Positions 50,461 to 61,912 of a stretch of 64,000 nucleotides of DNA are shown piece by piece. Location of the stretch: contig NC_058368.1 in NCBI RefSeq assembly GCF_018350175.1, positions 24,616,001 through 24,680,000 of the forward strand, in the 5' to 3' direction. The notes beneath the pieces were generated by a model. The model was not told the DNA's origin and did not search any database. It worked only from the letters and a program-made list of their open reading frames with translations. The translations under genes and the position numbers were made by a program. The first letter of the stretch is position 1, and every line of letters begins with the position of its first letter. Origin of the DNA: Felis catus. Lineage: Eukaryota.

Positions 50461-50857
50461 AGTCAACAAAAGCCTTGAGCATTAACGAGTGAATTACACT
50501 GTCTTTCTGAGGTTAGAAGAGAAGACCTACATTCAGCGCAGTTTAATACAGTAAATTATAAAGCCATATATTGGATGCTTCCTGTGTGCTAGATGTTATG
50601 CTCAGTACTTTACATTTATCATGTCATTTATACTATATAACTAATTAATGGTCTGTGCTATATTGACAAAACAAAGGCTTGACAAATCCCGTGTTTCTCT
50701 CTGCAATATCAGTTTAAAGGCATCTAATTTATTTTTCTGCAACCTTCCTTCACATCTCTAAATCATCCAAAGCAAGGCATGATCGTCATTTTTGGCGAAT
50801 CTGATGTTCTTGGCTTGATGTCAATTTCAAGAAGCGGAGAAGTCAGTCCTGCTTAAG

Positions 50858-50917
50858 ACATTAGGAAAAAGAAAGTTCAAAGCCTATACATTAGGAAAAA
50901 GAAATTTCAAAGCCTAT
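50858..50917 (+). repeat. 30-bp tandem duplication
   Basis: ACATTAGGAAAAAGAAA(G/T)TTCAAAGCCTAT x2. Confidence 0.95.
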
Positions 50918-51195
50918 TTGTAACTAAGCACATGGAGAGCAGGACAAGACAGCGAGTTCTGAGCAGAAAGCGCAGAGTCGGAGTAACGTCCAGAACAAAG
51001 GAAGGGCTCAGAAAGAATGACTACGGACTTCGCTACAATGTTCTCTGTCCCGGCTATTAGGTCACCCCAGGAAAATACACAGCTATTTGAAAACGGAAAA
51101 GAGCTTTGTGTCCGTCCTCCAGCTGCTCCCTTGGCTTCTTGCAGGCTCTGAAAACAAATCAATGATAGATGCTCACAAGGCATTCTGTTTAGGCT

Positions 51196-51352
51196 TTTGC
51201 TACTCAAAATGTGGTCTCTGACTCAGCAGTCCCCGCATCACCTAAGACCTTGCTGTAGCATCAGGGGCTCCAGCGGAGAACTACTGGGTCAGAATCTACA
51301 TTTTTTTTTCAAGACTAAGGGGATTCCCGTGCACATGAAAACTTAAGACGTA
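51196..51352. mobile_element. MER5A-like MITE
   Basis: TTGCTACTCAAAATGTGGTC...CATCACCT...TCAGAATCTACATTT. Confidence 0.75.
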
Positions 51353-52479
51353 TAGATCACCAAGAATGGAAAATGCAAACATCAGCAGGCTCCCACTGTC
51401 CCACCGTCAGGTCCCATTGTCCAGGAGCCTTCAGTAACTCCCCCTGCCGCCCTTGGGCTAAAGCTCCAACACCTTAAGGTGGCCTTAGACTCTCCCCTCC
51501 AGCCTCCTCTCCTCACCCTCCCCTTCTTGTATTTCACCCAAGCCCAACTTAGAGCAGCAACAGGAATCAGCCAGGCTTTCTTTTTCTGCTTTGTGTTACA
51601 CGTGTTTCTGCTACTTAAAACAGGACTGTCTTAAAGCTGCTAATTAGAAACAACAAACATTTAAAAAGAGGCCCCCTGGCCCATTGGAGCCCAGTGAATG
51701 TGCATGTGGCTAGGTCAGTGCATCAGCTCTGTACACAGCTGAACTCAAGAAGCAGAGCTCTCCCCAGGAGGGCTCTTCAGTCAGTAGCTTTCAGCCAATG
51801 GCATTTCTTAAGAGACCTCTTTGTTTACACTTGGTTGGACTCTGACAGCAGCTCCCACACCAAAGAATGACAATAGGACTCTTGGGAGCCCTTCTTAGTT
51901 GACCAACTGCTGTAATGATTCATTGAAATGCTCTACTTGTCTTTCCTTCTTCAAATAGACCTAGTGTTTCGTGTTGTACATGATATGGGTGTCAGCTATG
52001 TTGACAAGAATGTCACAAGCTCTTTCACCAGCCAACCTGAAGAGCTTCCTTGTGTCGTGGAGTAGAACTGAAGCTCCCTCCTGTATGAGGGAAGTCACTG
52101 CTGTCTGCTAAGACTGGCATTGATTTTTTAATTTTTCTCGGTAAGTGGACGAGAGAGCTGGGTATTATCGTCACAAATTCTGCTACATGCAGTCCGTACA
52201 AGTTAATTACCAATGTCTTCACAGCAGAGGCACTCGTTCACAACTAGCCAGAGAGAGAGAGATGGTTATTCCTCAAGTTCCAGAGTATCAAAGGTAGACC
52301 AATCGTGGCTTGCGGACTCTACATTTTGCCAAAATGTCTTTATTCGACAGATACTTTTAAGAGCCTAGATTATGTTCAAAGCACTTTGATGATTAGAGGG
52401 AAAAAACTGAGATATTTCCAATGGAATCCAGGAAACCACTTGGCAAGGATACTACACTGTAGCTCCAAAAACTGCATTT

Positions 52480-52995
52480 TTGGAGTTTGGATTTTGCAGT
52501 GCAACCAAAATCACTCAGTCTCTTGAGGTCTGTAACTTAAAACAATACAAAATTTATTATCATACAATTCTGGAGGTCCGAAATTCTGAAATGGGTCTCA
52601 CTGACTTAAAATCAAGGAGTCAGCAGGGCTGTGTGTTCCTTCCAGAGGCTCTGCAGAAGAATCTATTTCCTGGTCTGTTCCAGCTTCTAGAGGGTGCCTT
52701 CATTCTTTGGCTCACAGTCTGCTTTCATCTTCAAAGCCAGCAATGGCTGGCCAGATCTTTGTCACATTGCATCACTCTGACTCTCCTGCCTCTCTCTTTT
52801 ACTTATGAGGACCCTTGTGATTACACTGGGACATGTGAATGGTCTAGGATAATCTTCGCCTGTCAGAGTCAGTTGCTTGGCAACCTTAATTCTATCTGCA
52901 ATCTACATTCTCCTTTGCCGTGTAACATGACATAGTTACAGGTTCTGGGGATTAGGATGTGGGCGTCTTTGGGGGACGATTCCTCTCCCTATTAC
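52480..52995 (-). mobile_element. MLT1C/D-type MaLR LTR
   Basis: AATTCTGGAGGTCCGAAATTCTGAAATGGGTCTCACTG...CAGGTTCTGGGGATTAGGATGTGGGCGTCTTTGGGGG. Confidence 0.88.
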
Positions 52996-53270
52996 AGGAT
53001 CTGATTTAATTTGACCAAACTCACTGGAGATTAATAGGCAAGAAGGAATGATAATTTATGACTATTTACTATGAAAAACATAACTTCAGGGTAGTGGAGT
53101 CGGTGAGAACGCCCATGGTGGCTGGTCAGCACCTTCTTTCCCTGTAGGCAAATTGACACTCAAATCTACTTTTAAATAGAAGTTCGTAAGGACAGCATGA
53201 AATTAGAGCATCAAGTCAAGCTGAATGACTTAATGGCTAGTGAAATGAATCAAAAAAGAGAGAGAGATAA

Positions 53271-53468
53271 GGGGCCCCTGGGTGGTTCAGTGGGTTAAGC
53301 CTCTGACTTGGGTTCAGGTCACGATCTCACAGTGTGTGGGCCGGAGCCCCACATCGTCCGGCTCTGTGCTGACAGCCTGCTTCACATTCGTGTCTCCCTC
53401 TCTCTCTGCCCCTCCCCTGCTCACGCTCTGTCTCTGTCTCAAAAATAAGTAAACATTAAAAATTTTTT
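53271..53468 (+). mobile_element. Can-SINE
   Basis: TSD-like AAAAAAGAG(A/G)GAGAGA. Confidence 0.94.
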
Positions 53469-53862
53469 AAAAAAGAGGGAGAGAGAGAGAGAGAGAGAAG
53501 GTGTTGGTTGGATCCATCTCTGCGACAGAGAGCTAGTCTCCCCCAGATTCATTTTACTGGCATATTAAAAGATTGTAACTTAATGTGGCAAAATAATTTA
53601 TTGAGAAAAGTATTTGTATTTTATTGTTCGTGATAACTTATTAAGAAATGCACTTGTTTTATTCTTAGTGCTTTGCAGAAAAATCCAAAGGAATTGAGAC
53701 CACTTTTCTGTTAATCTCCCTGCCCCTAAGAGGATCAGTAGGGCTTGGAGTACCCCAGGGCGGAGTTAAGGCATTGTGTATTTAACTTAGTTGGACTGTG
53801 TGGTATGGTAAGCAGAAAGGCAGGAGTTGCCTGAGTGGGAAGTGGCTTCTTCAAAGAGAAGA

Positions 53863-53884
53863 TTTTTTTTTTTAGTTTATTTAT

Positions 53885-53929
<45 letters not shown>

Positions 53930-53937
53930 ACGTGAGA

Positions 53938-53982
<45 letters not shown>

Positions 53983-54152
53983 CCTATGCGCATGCGCATG
54001 AGGGAGGGCTAGAGAGAGGGGGAGAGAATCCCACAGCGGGAGCCCATCAGCGTAGAGTCCTATGCAGGGCTCCATCTCGCAATCTGTGAGAACATGACCT
54101 GAGCTGAAATCAAGGGTCCGATGCTTAGCCAACTGAGCCACCCAGGCACCCC
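53863..54152 (-). mobile_element. Can-SINE with expanded (AG)n and (TG)n
   Basis: Ends GAGCCACCCAGGCACCCC. Confidence 0.93.
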
Positions 54153-54512
54153 TGCCTTTTTGTTTTTTAATGGGAAGGGCAGAAAGGGTCTGTGAGAGAG
54201 GGATAGCCTCTCTGAAGGGGCAGCGTTTGAACGCTGAGTGACTGAATCCCTAAGAGCCTGGTGAAGGACCCTTGTACCCACACTTGGTATAGAGTGATGG
54301 CACTGCTCAAATTAGTAAATTTCAAAAATGAGGATCTCTCTAGTGACCATGATGGAAGAGACCAGAAATGTTACATAGGCACTTGAGCTCTTGAGAAACT
54401 TTAGGGAGGGAGCAAGGCTCGCTAACACATGGCACCTTTTTGCTGCTACCTTTTCAAGTGGGGATACCAAGTCAACTTAATTTGATGTAGGAACAATTTT
54501 AGAAAAATAAGG

Positions 54513-54530
54513 TTTTTCTTTTCTTTTCTC

Positions 54531-54582
<52 letters not shown>

Positions 54583-54678
54583 TCCTTCCTTCCTTCCTTC
54601 CTTTTCTCTTTTCTTTTCTTTTCTTTTCTTTTCTTTTCTTTTCTTTTCTTTTCTTTTCTTTTTCTTTCTCTTTCTTTC
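54513..54678. repeat. Compound pyrimidine microsatellite (TTTC)n(TTCC)n(TTTTC)n
   Basis: About 166 bp of only C/T on the + strand. Confidence 0.97.
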
Positions 54679-55599
54679 GTATCCAAGTTCCAGAGAAAGA
54701 TTCCTACCAGCCACACAGGATTTAATCTAGGCATTTTAGCCTTTCCTTATCAAACAGCCCATGTGGAAATGACATAAGGAATTATCTCTACTGGGCCAGA
54801 AGGCTACCAGAAAGACTAACAAAATGTCAGGCAAGAAACACTGAGGTACCAGGTCGTCTCTGGGAAGCCTACGTGAAAAACGTAAAATGTGGTTGATGGC
54901 TTGAGGCACAAAGGTAGGAAACAGTGAAGTATGTCCTCAGAGCAATTGGTGGGCCATTGAGAGCCTTAGCATAATTGAGACACGAGTGAGAGAAGAGACT
55001 GGAAATTGGGCTGAGATCATAGTAAAGAACACTTTAAATGTTGACTAAGAAACTAAATGTTGGACACTTCAAGTGTTTCCAAACATGGGATAATCTTAGC
55101 CTCATGTCTTTCCCTTTCACGGGATGGCATTCAAATCACACCCCGCAAGCCACGTGAACAGTTAGCAAATACATGGAACACCAGAAACATGTGAAGTACA
55201 GGGCCAGGTCTGGGGGGAGGGAGTTGTGGGGGAAGTAACTCAGAACTGAGTAAGGTCCCCGGGGTCGACAATCCAGAGGGCAAGACAGAATACAAACAGC
55301 TTATAGTTTCAGTTCTAACAGCAGATCACTGGGTACCCTTGCACTCAGGTGGGACCCCACATTTTTACGTATACCACATTGCTTGTGAAAAGAGACCACA
55401 GAACAGGTGCAGCTTCTGGTTCTACTAGTCCCGCTAACTAAGGGCATCTCCAAACAGGATGGGGAGAGGAGGAGGGGGGCTAAGGACAAGGTTTACTGGT
55501 TTTCCGTCAGACCCAGGGCACGTGTCCTTCCTCTTGCCATTTCCAGCAAAACAGGCTGACCCTGGGGATCAAGGTTTGCTCGTGACAAAATACTTTTGC

Positions 55600-55966
55600 T
55601 CGTGACGAAAGGGAAAACAGGCTCGAAATGGAGTCATTTGCCCCCACAAGAGTAAACCAAGAGTTCCTTACAGTTTCAGCTACGCCTGTGAACGCGCCCT
55701 CCAATCAGTCTGGAATGAACTGATGGCACTAGTGAGGTTAGACTGGGTGAGAAGCCCCGCCCCCTGCCTGTCCCTCAGAGGAGAGTGACCTTGCTGGAAA
55801 TCATCCTTTCTTTTGTTTATGGCTTCCTTGTCCCACCCCCTTTCTGCCTTTAAAAACCTTCCCTTTTTGTACAGAGCTCCCTTCTGTGAGCCTGATTCAT
55901 GAATCATTGAATAAAGTCAATTAGATCTTTAAATTTACTCAGTTAAATGTTGTGTTCTTTAAAACA
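55600..55966 (+). mobile_element. ERV1-type solo LTR (MER34/MER39-like)
   Basis: AAATGGAGTCA, CCAAT box, CTGCCTTTAAAAACC TATA-like, AATAAA 55910-55915, ends ...TTTAAAACA. Confidence 0.65.
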
Positions 55967-56257
55967 TATTTTAGCTTCCTCTGTCTCTGAAAGGTAGAAC
56001 CTCTTTCAGGGTATGGCATTTCTGAACATGCCCTCACAGACCCCCAGCTACCTATCACCTGCAGGATTACTCTTCCTTTTGAATGAGGAGCACGACAAAC
56101 CAAAGCTAGGCTCTGGCATGCTAAAGGAAAGCAAAATAGGGCAAGACTTATGAAAATTCAAAGAGTTTCCGGGGCCAGAAGGCATCTCTTATCTTAGCAT
56201 GTTGCTTTCCCTTGGGCTTTTACTCCAAAGAAGTATTACATCCCGATGACACATCTT

Positions 56258-56372
56258 AAATATATTTATATATGTTTATAATATTACATATATATAATGT
56301 ATATACTATATCATATATAACATATATACTATGCATTTTCAATATATATTTATATACATGTATATACATACA
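56258..56372. repeat. Degenerate (TA)n low-complexity tract
   Basis: TA-rich run next to an L1 tail. Confidence 0.85.
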
Positions 56373-56384
56373 GACACATATTCC

Positions 56385-56666
56385 TTATTATGGTAAAATA
56401 CACAGAACATAAAATTTACTACTTTAACCATTTGTACGTATCCAATTCAGTGCCATTAAGCACATTTGCAATAATGTGCAACCATCACCACTATCCATCT
56501 CCAGAACTTTCTTATCATCCCAAGCAGAAACTGTACCCACAAAATGATAATTTCCCATTTCCACTCCTCCCGTCTCTGGTAGCCTCTCTTCTCTTTTCTG
56601 TCTCAATGAGTTTGCCTATTCTAGGTTCCTCACGTAAGTAGCATCATCATACAAATTTGTCCTTTG
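56385..56666 (-). mobile_element. L1MB-like 3' end
   Basis: CATAAAATTTACTACTTTAACCATTT...GTGCAACCATCACCACTATCCATCTCCAGAAC. Confidence 0.88.
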
Positions 56667-57789
56667 TGGATAATGGAGGTTTCAGACACACAGGAAGGAG
56701 GAAAAGAAACTGAGACAAGCCTAACGCAGCCTGGTTCTTTTACCCCTTGTCACATGCTGACTTCCCTCACATGTAGCATCATCCCTTCTTCCCTGAAAGT
56801 CATGATGTCAGCAGACTCCTTTTCGTAGCTTACGAGGCAGTTCATCTCATTTCGTTCCTGTTTTGCACGGAGACTGATTTCTCCTTTGCTGACTTCGTTA
56901 GCTGAGCTCAACAACAGGGTCGCGTCCCTGCTCATGGCACAAATCACGTCTTGTGAAGTCTGGCTGGGTTTGGAAGGGCAGCTGCCAGGCTTCTCCTCCC
57001 CTATGAGGCTGGTCCTGGCCACAATGGAGACTTGTGTGTGACCAATGGGTGCTGGGCAGGAGCCCAGTTAGATGAAGCCGTGAGTTGTTCCTGATATGCT
57101 CACTGCCCTGGGGCCCCAGGGCGTGGAGGGCACTGTGACCTGGAAGATGACCTTCCCCATGAAAAAGAAAACCAACCTCTGCTTTTCCTGAGTGGTTTTT
57201 GGCTTGTAATTATCAGTGACTTTCTCAGCATTGAACAATTGATTGGGCAGTCTTGGAAAGCCCAAACTCAGCATTTAGGACTTCGGAAATTCTACCTCCA
57301 GAACTCTAATCTCAGAGGGGACAGTCGATTTCCAGTATTCCTTATTTGAAACACCTGTCCTTGAGCTTTCTCTCTTAGTTGTAGAGATAAGCTTGCAGAA
57401 TGTGGCCTCCTTTACTTGTGATTAGATGTTGAATGTGGATGTTCAAGTTTATAGGATGCCCACATAACAGGGCATAGGCCAGCCTATTTACTTTTGATAA
57501 AGATGATTCCAAAGTGACTTCAAAGGGGACTGACCAAATCTTACCATCTTGGTCTAAAATCTCCTAGTGTCCCTACAAGAATGCTTTCTTTGCCTTGGAT
57601 TTGTCCAGTCTACCACCTAGTACAGTTTGGTTTCTGTTGTTTTTTTTTTTTTTTTTCCTTTGAATAGTAGACTTACTGGTTTACTTTGCATGACATTTTT
57701 TCTGTCCACTTCCTCCTGATTCCTTTCCTCTTTTAATTATTGCTTGAAAATTCTCATGCTTCGCCCCTCGATTTCATTATTTTTCTGTG

Positions 57790-57990
57790 TAGCATGGTGA
57801 AAACTGGACATAAGTTTTGGTTGTTAGAGACCTCGGTCTTCAGAGCCTAACTGTGCTTTACTAACCGTGTGACCTTGGGCAAGTAACTTAACCTCTTTAA
57901 GACAACAGAGGAAGAATCTGTGGAAACAAATGATATTCCAGAATATTGATAGGATGGCTCAAAAATAATTTGTAAAAGTACCCGAGCCCA
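57790..57990 (+). mobile_element. MIR
   Basis: TACTAACCGTGTGACCTTGGGCAAGTAACTTAACCTCT. Confidence 0.75.
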
Positions 57991-58399
57991 CATATACAAC
58001 ACTTTTCTTTTTAGTTTAATGTAAGCCCTTCCCAGTCTGTCTTCAGCCGATCCGAATTCCTGAGACAGGACCCCAAAAGTTCGGAGTCCTTTCCGGTCTA
58101 AACGGTTCTAGGCTCCAAACAGGCTGTGCTCAGTGTTAAGTCGGGTGATTGACAGCTAGTGTTCACCAGACTCTGACTTAGGATCAGAGACTACCTGACG
58201 CCGCCCCTTAGCCACTCCAGTCTAGGCTGTGCCAGGAAAAGCGTGTTCCAAAGAGACATCCAGCAAATAAAGCCCAACATACCCGTGAGCTGGTTCCACA
58301 ACCTGGAGGTGACCCAGGACAAAGCCAAAGAACCAAGGGGGTGGGGGGGGGGGTGCTATGCGGTTGGCTTACCCTGCAGAAGAGAGTCTTTTAAGTAAT

Positions 58400-60100
58400 C
58401 CTAGATCGGCTCACCCGCTGCCTGTTGCTACCGGGGCAGGTAACTCCGAGATTCTTCCCCTAACAGAGGTTAGGGCGCTGGCGGAGCGTGTTCAGCCTCC
58501 CTAGGGGCGAAGGGACACCGTGCACTCAGCCCTACCAGCGGTCAGGGCTTCGGTGTCTGAGCGTGACAACATTCTGTTTGGTTGGCAGCTTCTCGCCAGC
58601 GTCCAGCTAGATCTGGACGCAACCCGCGGCACCCCTCGCTTCCAGAGGACTAGGTGATGAGTAGGTAGGACGGAGGCTGCCAGGGAAGTCGCCGTCGTGG
58701 GGCTCCGCGCGGAGCAGCCAGCTGAGGTCACGCTCGGGGGAAGCTTAGGTCTCGGCCGGGCGCGTAGATCTCTGTGCGGACGAATCCCGAATACTCGGCA
58801 GGATCACGCGTTCTCTCAGGCAATTGCACTGAACGCCAAATACCGCTGTCCTGGGGAGGGGGTGGGGGGCTGGGAATTCGCGTCCGCCAGGTCTGCGGGC
58901 ATCTGGGTATTTCAACCCCAGAAAGCGCGTTTGCAGCTCAGCCCCGCCCCCCGCTCCCCCCAGCGAGGGAACGGCGTGATTTCGGGAGGGAACGCTGGGG
59001 GAGGGGAGCACGGCGGCCCCCGGCTGTCCCAGCCCGCGTCACCCGGCTCGGGGGTGGGCGGCCGAGGACACGGCCGCGGCGGTGGGGGCAGCGCGGGGGC
59101 CGCAGTTCCTTCCGGCTCGCGTCCTCCGCGTCTCCCCGCCGGCTGCAGGCCCGGCCGCGGCGCTTCGCTTCCTCGGGGACCTTCTCGGATTGCTGCGGTG
59201 GCCCGGGATTTCGATGGGGGTGGGGTGGCGGCGGCGTGGCAGCGTCAGGGCGCCGCTTCCCCCTCCTCGCTCCCTCTTTCCGCCGCGGTGGCGCGCGCCC
59301 GGAGCCCAGCGAGCCGGGAGCCGACGCGATGCGCGCACCTGGTGAGCGGGGATGAGCGGGGGTGAGCGGGCCGGGGGCGCGAGGGGCGCCGGAGGTGGGT
59401 AACGCCGGCGCGGTGAGGCTGCTGCAGCGGTGAGGGGGGGAGGGGCGAGGGGCTCCGGAGAGGCGTGCGCGAGCTCGGGGGCACGCCGGGGCAGGGGCCG
59501 GGCAGTGCCGAGGCCCCTGGGCGAATGGAGGAGGGGGCTGCTCTGCAGGGGTGGCGGGTTTTTATGGAATCGACCTGGCAAAAGGGGGCGACCCCGTGCT
59601 CGGCTTGGATCCGGAAGGCTCAGGAACGGAACCTCGAAGACACTTCAGCGCCGGGCGACGGTCAGTGAGCCCAAAGCCTGCGCCCTGCGTGGCCCCAGGC
59701 ACCGCGCTCCGGGCGCGCAGGCTTTTCTCGGTTCCCCAAAAGCGCGCGCACAGATGGCGAAGGCCCGCGGAGGACCCCCTCCGGACACACCCAGCCCTAT
59801 GTATGGATGGCTGGTGGCCCAAACCCATAAACTTTGTTACTTAACCGAGCTGGGTTAGTGAGCGCACGGCCGGTTATGTGGTCCCCAGCGCCCACCGAGA
59901 AGTCCACCTGCTGACACTGCGGCGGGGAAAGCGGCGCTGCACCCCCACCCCGCTCCAGCCTGCCGGTGGCCGCGGTGAGGTTCGCCACCCTCCTGCCACA
60001 TTGATACCGTCAGCCTGGAGAATGTGGAGAACCGCCGGAAGAGGGGTTATGTAGCCCGAATGGGAATCAAGACGATTACGGAAGGGGTAGATTCCGGAAC
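58400..60100. promoter_or_regulatory. CpG island / promoter of an unidentified gene
   Basis: Very high GC and CpG density, repeat-free; GC box GCCCCGCCCCC at 58941; G-rich skew downstream on the + strand. Confidence 0.92.
59100..59341 (+). other. Candidate first exon (5' UTR, possibly ATG at 59329), donor CTG|GTGAGC at 59341/59342; start coordinate approximate
   Basis: Pyrimidine-rich initiator-like tracts (59104-59112, 59257-59281), consensus donor, G-triplet-rich intron start. Confidence 0.55.
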
Positions 60101-60128
60101 CGTGCTTACTGTGTTATTGCAATGGCAC

Positions 60129-60200
60129 TTGGAAGGATCTCTGAACTGACGGTTGGAAGGATCTCTGAACTGACGGTTGGAAGGATCTCTGAACTGACGG
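60129..60200 (+). repeat. Perfect 24-bp tandem repeat x3
   Basis: TTGGAAGGATCTCTGAACTGACGG x3. Confidence 0.98.
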
Positions 60201-61192
60201 TATGTTGGGAAAGCGCAAAGGACCGCGGGTCTGCAGCCTTGGGTTCCGGGGACTCTGTCCTGAAAGGCTGAGTAGCAGCGGTGAGGTCTGGGCAAGTCAA
60301 GAAACCTCGTTTGTGTGAGAAGCAGCAGGGTGATCCCTGCCCTACCTCACTGGACGGTAACTGGAGGAAGAGTAGGGTTTTGAAAAGCAGAAGTGTGGTT
60401 TCTATAAATTAAGGTATCACCACATTGCTGCGCACACCTCCCTCCTGGCCGCCAGCAGAACCTCGTTTGGAGCAGAGGTAAGGCAGCACCTTCAGGGTAG
60501 TCCGGGCACTTTCCGGCTTACCTGTCCACGACGTCCGGGTGTGGCTGTTCCTCAGTGTTTCGTTCTGGGCCCTCTTGCGAGCAGTACTGCCTGACGCTGC
60601 GCATCAGTGTGACCTCAGGGTTCAGGAACTGTGCCTTCCTCATCTTCTTGAGGGCCGGAGGGAGATGCCAGGCAAGTTGATGAAAACCGGTCGTGGCCTC
60701 TGGGGGTTAGATTTGATTTGAGATGCCCTTCATGACTCTGAAAACATCCTTAGCCTTCTGAAGTTGGAGGTCGTGTTTTCTGACACAGGGAAGACTGCTA
60801 GCACCAAGGATAAACGTGGAAGAATAAGCATTTTAACTGGAATGGTCTTTAGAGGAGGATAAGCAAAGAGGTCAAGAAAGACTGCGTTGCTCGCGAACAC
60901 ATTTTCCCCACCTGTCTGAGGGCACACAAAGAATAGCTTTGCCAAATTTGAATAGTTTCCCTTGTTACTAAATTTAGATTCGTATTTCTCATATGGAAAG
61001 GAAAGAGTCACATGGTTGGTTGCATTACTGTTAAAATTGAAACAGTGCTTTTTAAATAAGCTTGTCAAGCCTTCCAGAGATTATAAACATGAGCAATAGT
61101 AATGCCTGTGTGTCATATTGTATCTTTTCTAAAGAGATAAGTAGGGTATGCAAGTCAATATTACCAAGACCTCTGATTGTTTTTGCGTTGTC

Positions 61193-61636
61193 ATTTTTTT
61201 TTTTTACCATTTACTTATTTTTTTTTTAATTTTTTTTTCAACGTTTATTTATTTTGGGGACAGAGAGAGACAGAGCATGAACGGGGGAGGGGCAGAGAGA
61301 GAGGGAGACACAGAATCGGAAACAGGCTCCAGGCTCCGAGCCATCAGCCCAGAGCCTGACGCGGGGCTCGAACTCACGGACCGCGAGATCGTGACCTGGC
61401 TGAAGTTGGATGCTTAACCGACTGCGCCACCCAGGCGCCCCTACCATTTACTTATTTTTGAGAGACAGAGCTGTAGCAGGGAAGGGGCAGAGAGAGAAGG
61501 AGACACCGAATCTGAAGCAGGCTCCAGGCTCTGAGCTGTCAGCACAGAGCCCGACGTGGGGCTCGAACCCATGAACTGTGAAATCGTGATGTGAGCCAAA
61601 GTCGGAGACTTACCAACTGAGCCACCCAGGCGTCCC
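61193..61636 (-). mobile_element. Older Can-SINE whose tail hosts a younger copy
   Basis: Body 61442-61636; outer TSD GTT(G/T)TCATTTT. Confidence 0.93.
61223..61441 (-). mobile_element. Young felid Can-SINE nested in the previous tail
   Basis: Perfect TSD TACCATTTACTTATTTTT (61205 / 61442). Confidence 0.96.
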
Positions 61637-61769
61637 GAGTTTTCATTTTAATTAAAAAGACTTGAAAGATGACTCATTTGCAAAGTTGGGAACTAAAACT
61701 AGGTCTCCTTAATTGTGCTGTCATACACTGAAGTCTAAGTCTGTAAAATTGCACTTATGGTGATGATAA

Positions 61770-61912
61770 AGCCAACCTTTATGGAATAGTGTCTGTCGGA
61801 CTGAGATATGCATGTTACAATTCGTTAAGTTCTCACAAGAATCTGTAAAAAAAAAACCTGAAGCACAGAGAGGTTAAGTGCCTTGCCCAAGGTCACACAG
61901 CAGGTAAGTGAG
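61770..61912 (-). mobile_element. MIR
   Basis: CTGAAGCACAGAGAGGTTAAGTGCCTTGCCCAAGGTCACACAGCAGGTAAGTG. Confidence 0.85.

Noticed and set aside
54477..54734. K/E/R-rich ORFs
   Set aside because: Translation of the (TTTC)n microsatellite.
59100..59341. Naming the downstream gene
   Set aside because: No coding exon is present in the window, and I do not recognise the 5' UTR with enough certainty.
58697..59858. Long ORFs (222, 193, 180, 142 aa) in the CpG island
   Set aside because: Overlapping in several frames on both strands, G/R/P/A-rich and without a recognisable domain; expected from stop-codon scarcity in GC-rich DNA.
60129..60200. 24-bp repeats as a CRISPR-like array
   Set aside because: Units are contiguous with no spacers, and the DNA is mammalian.
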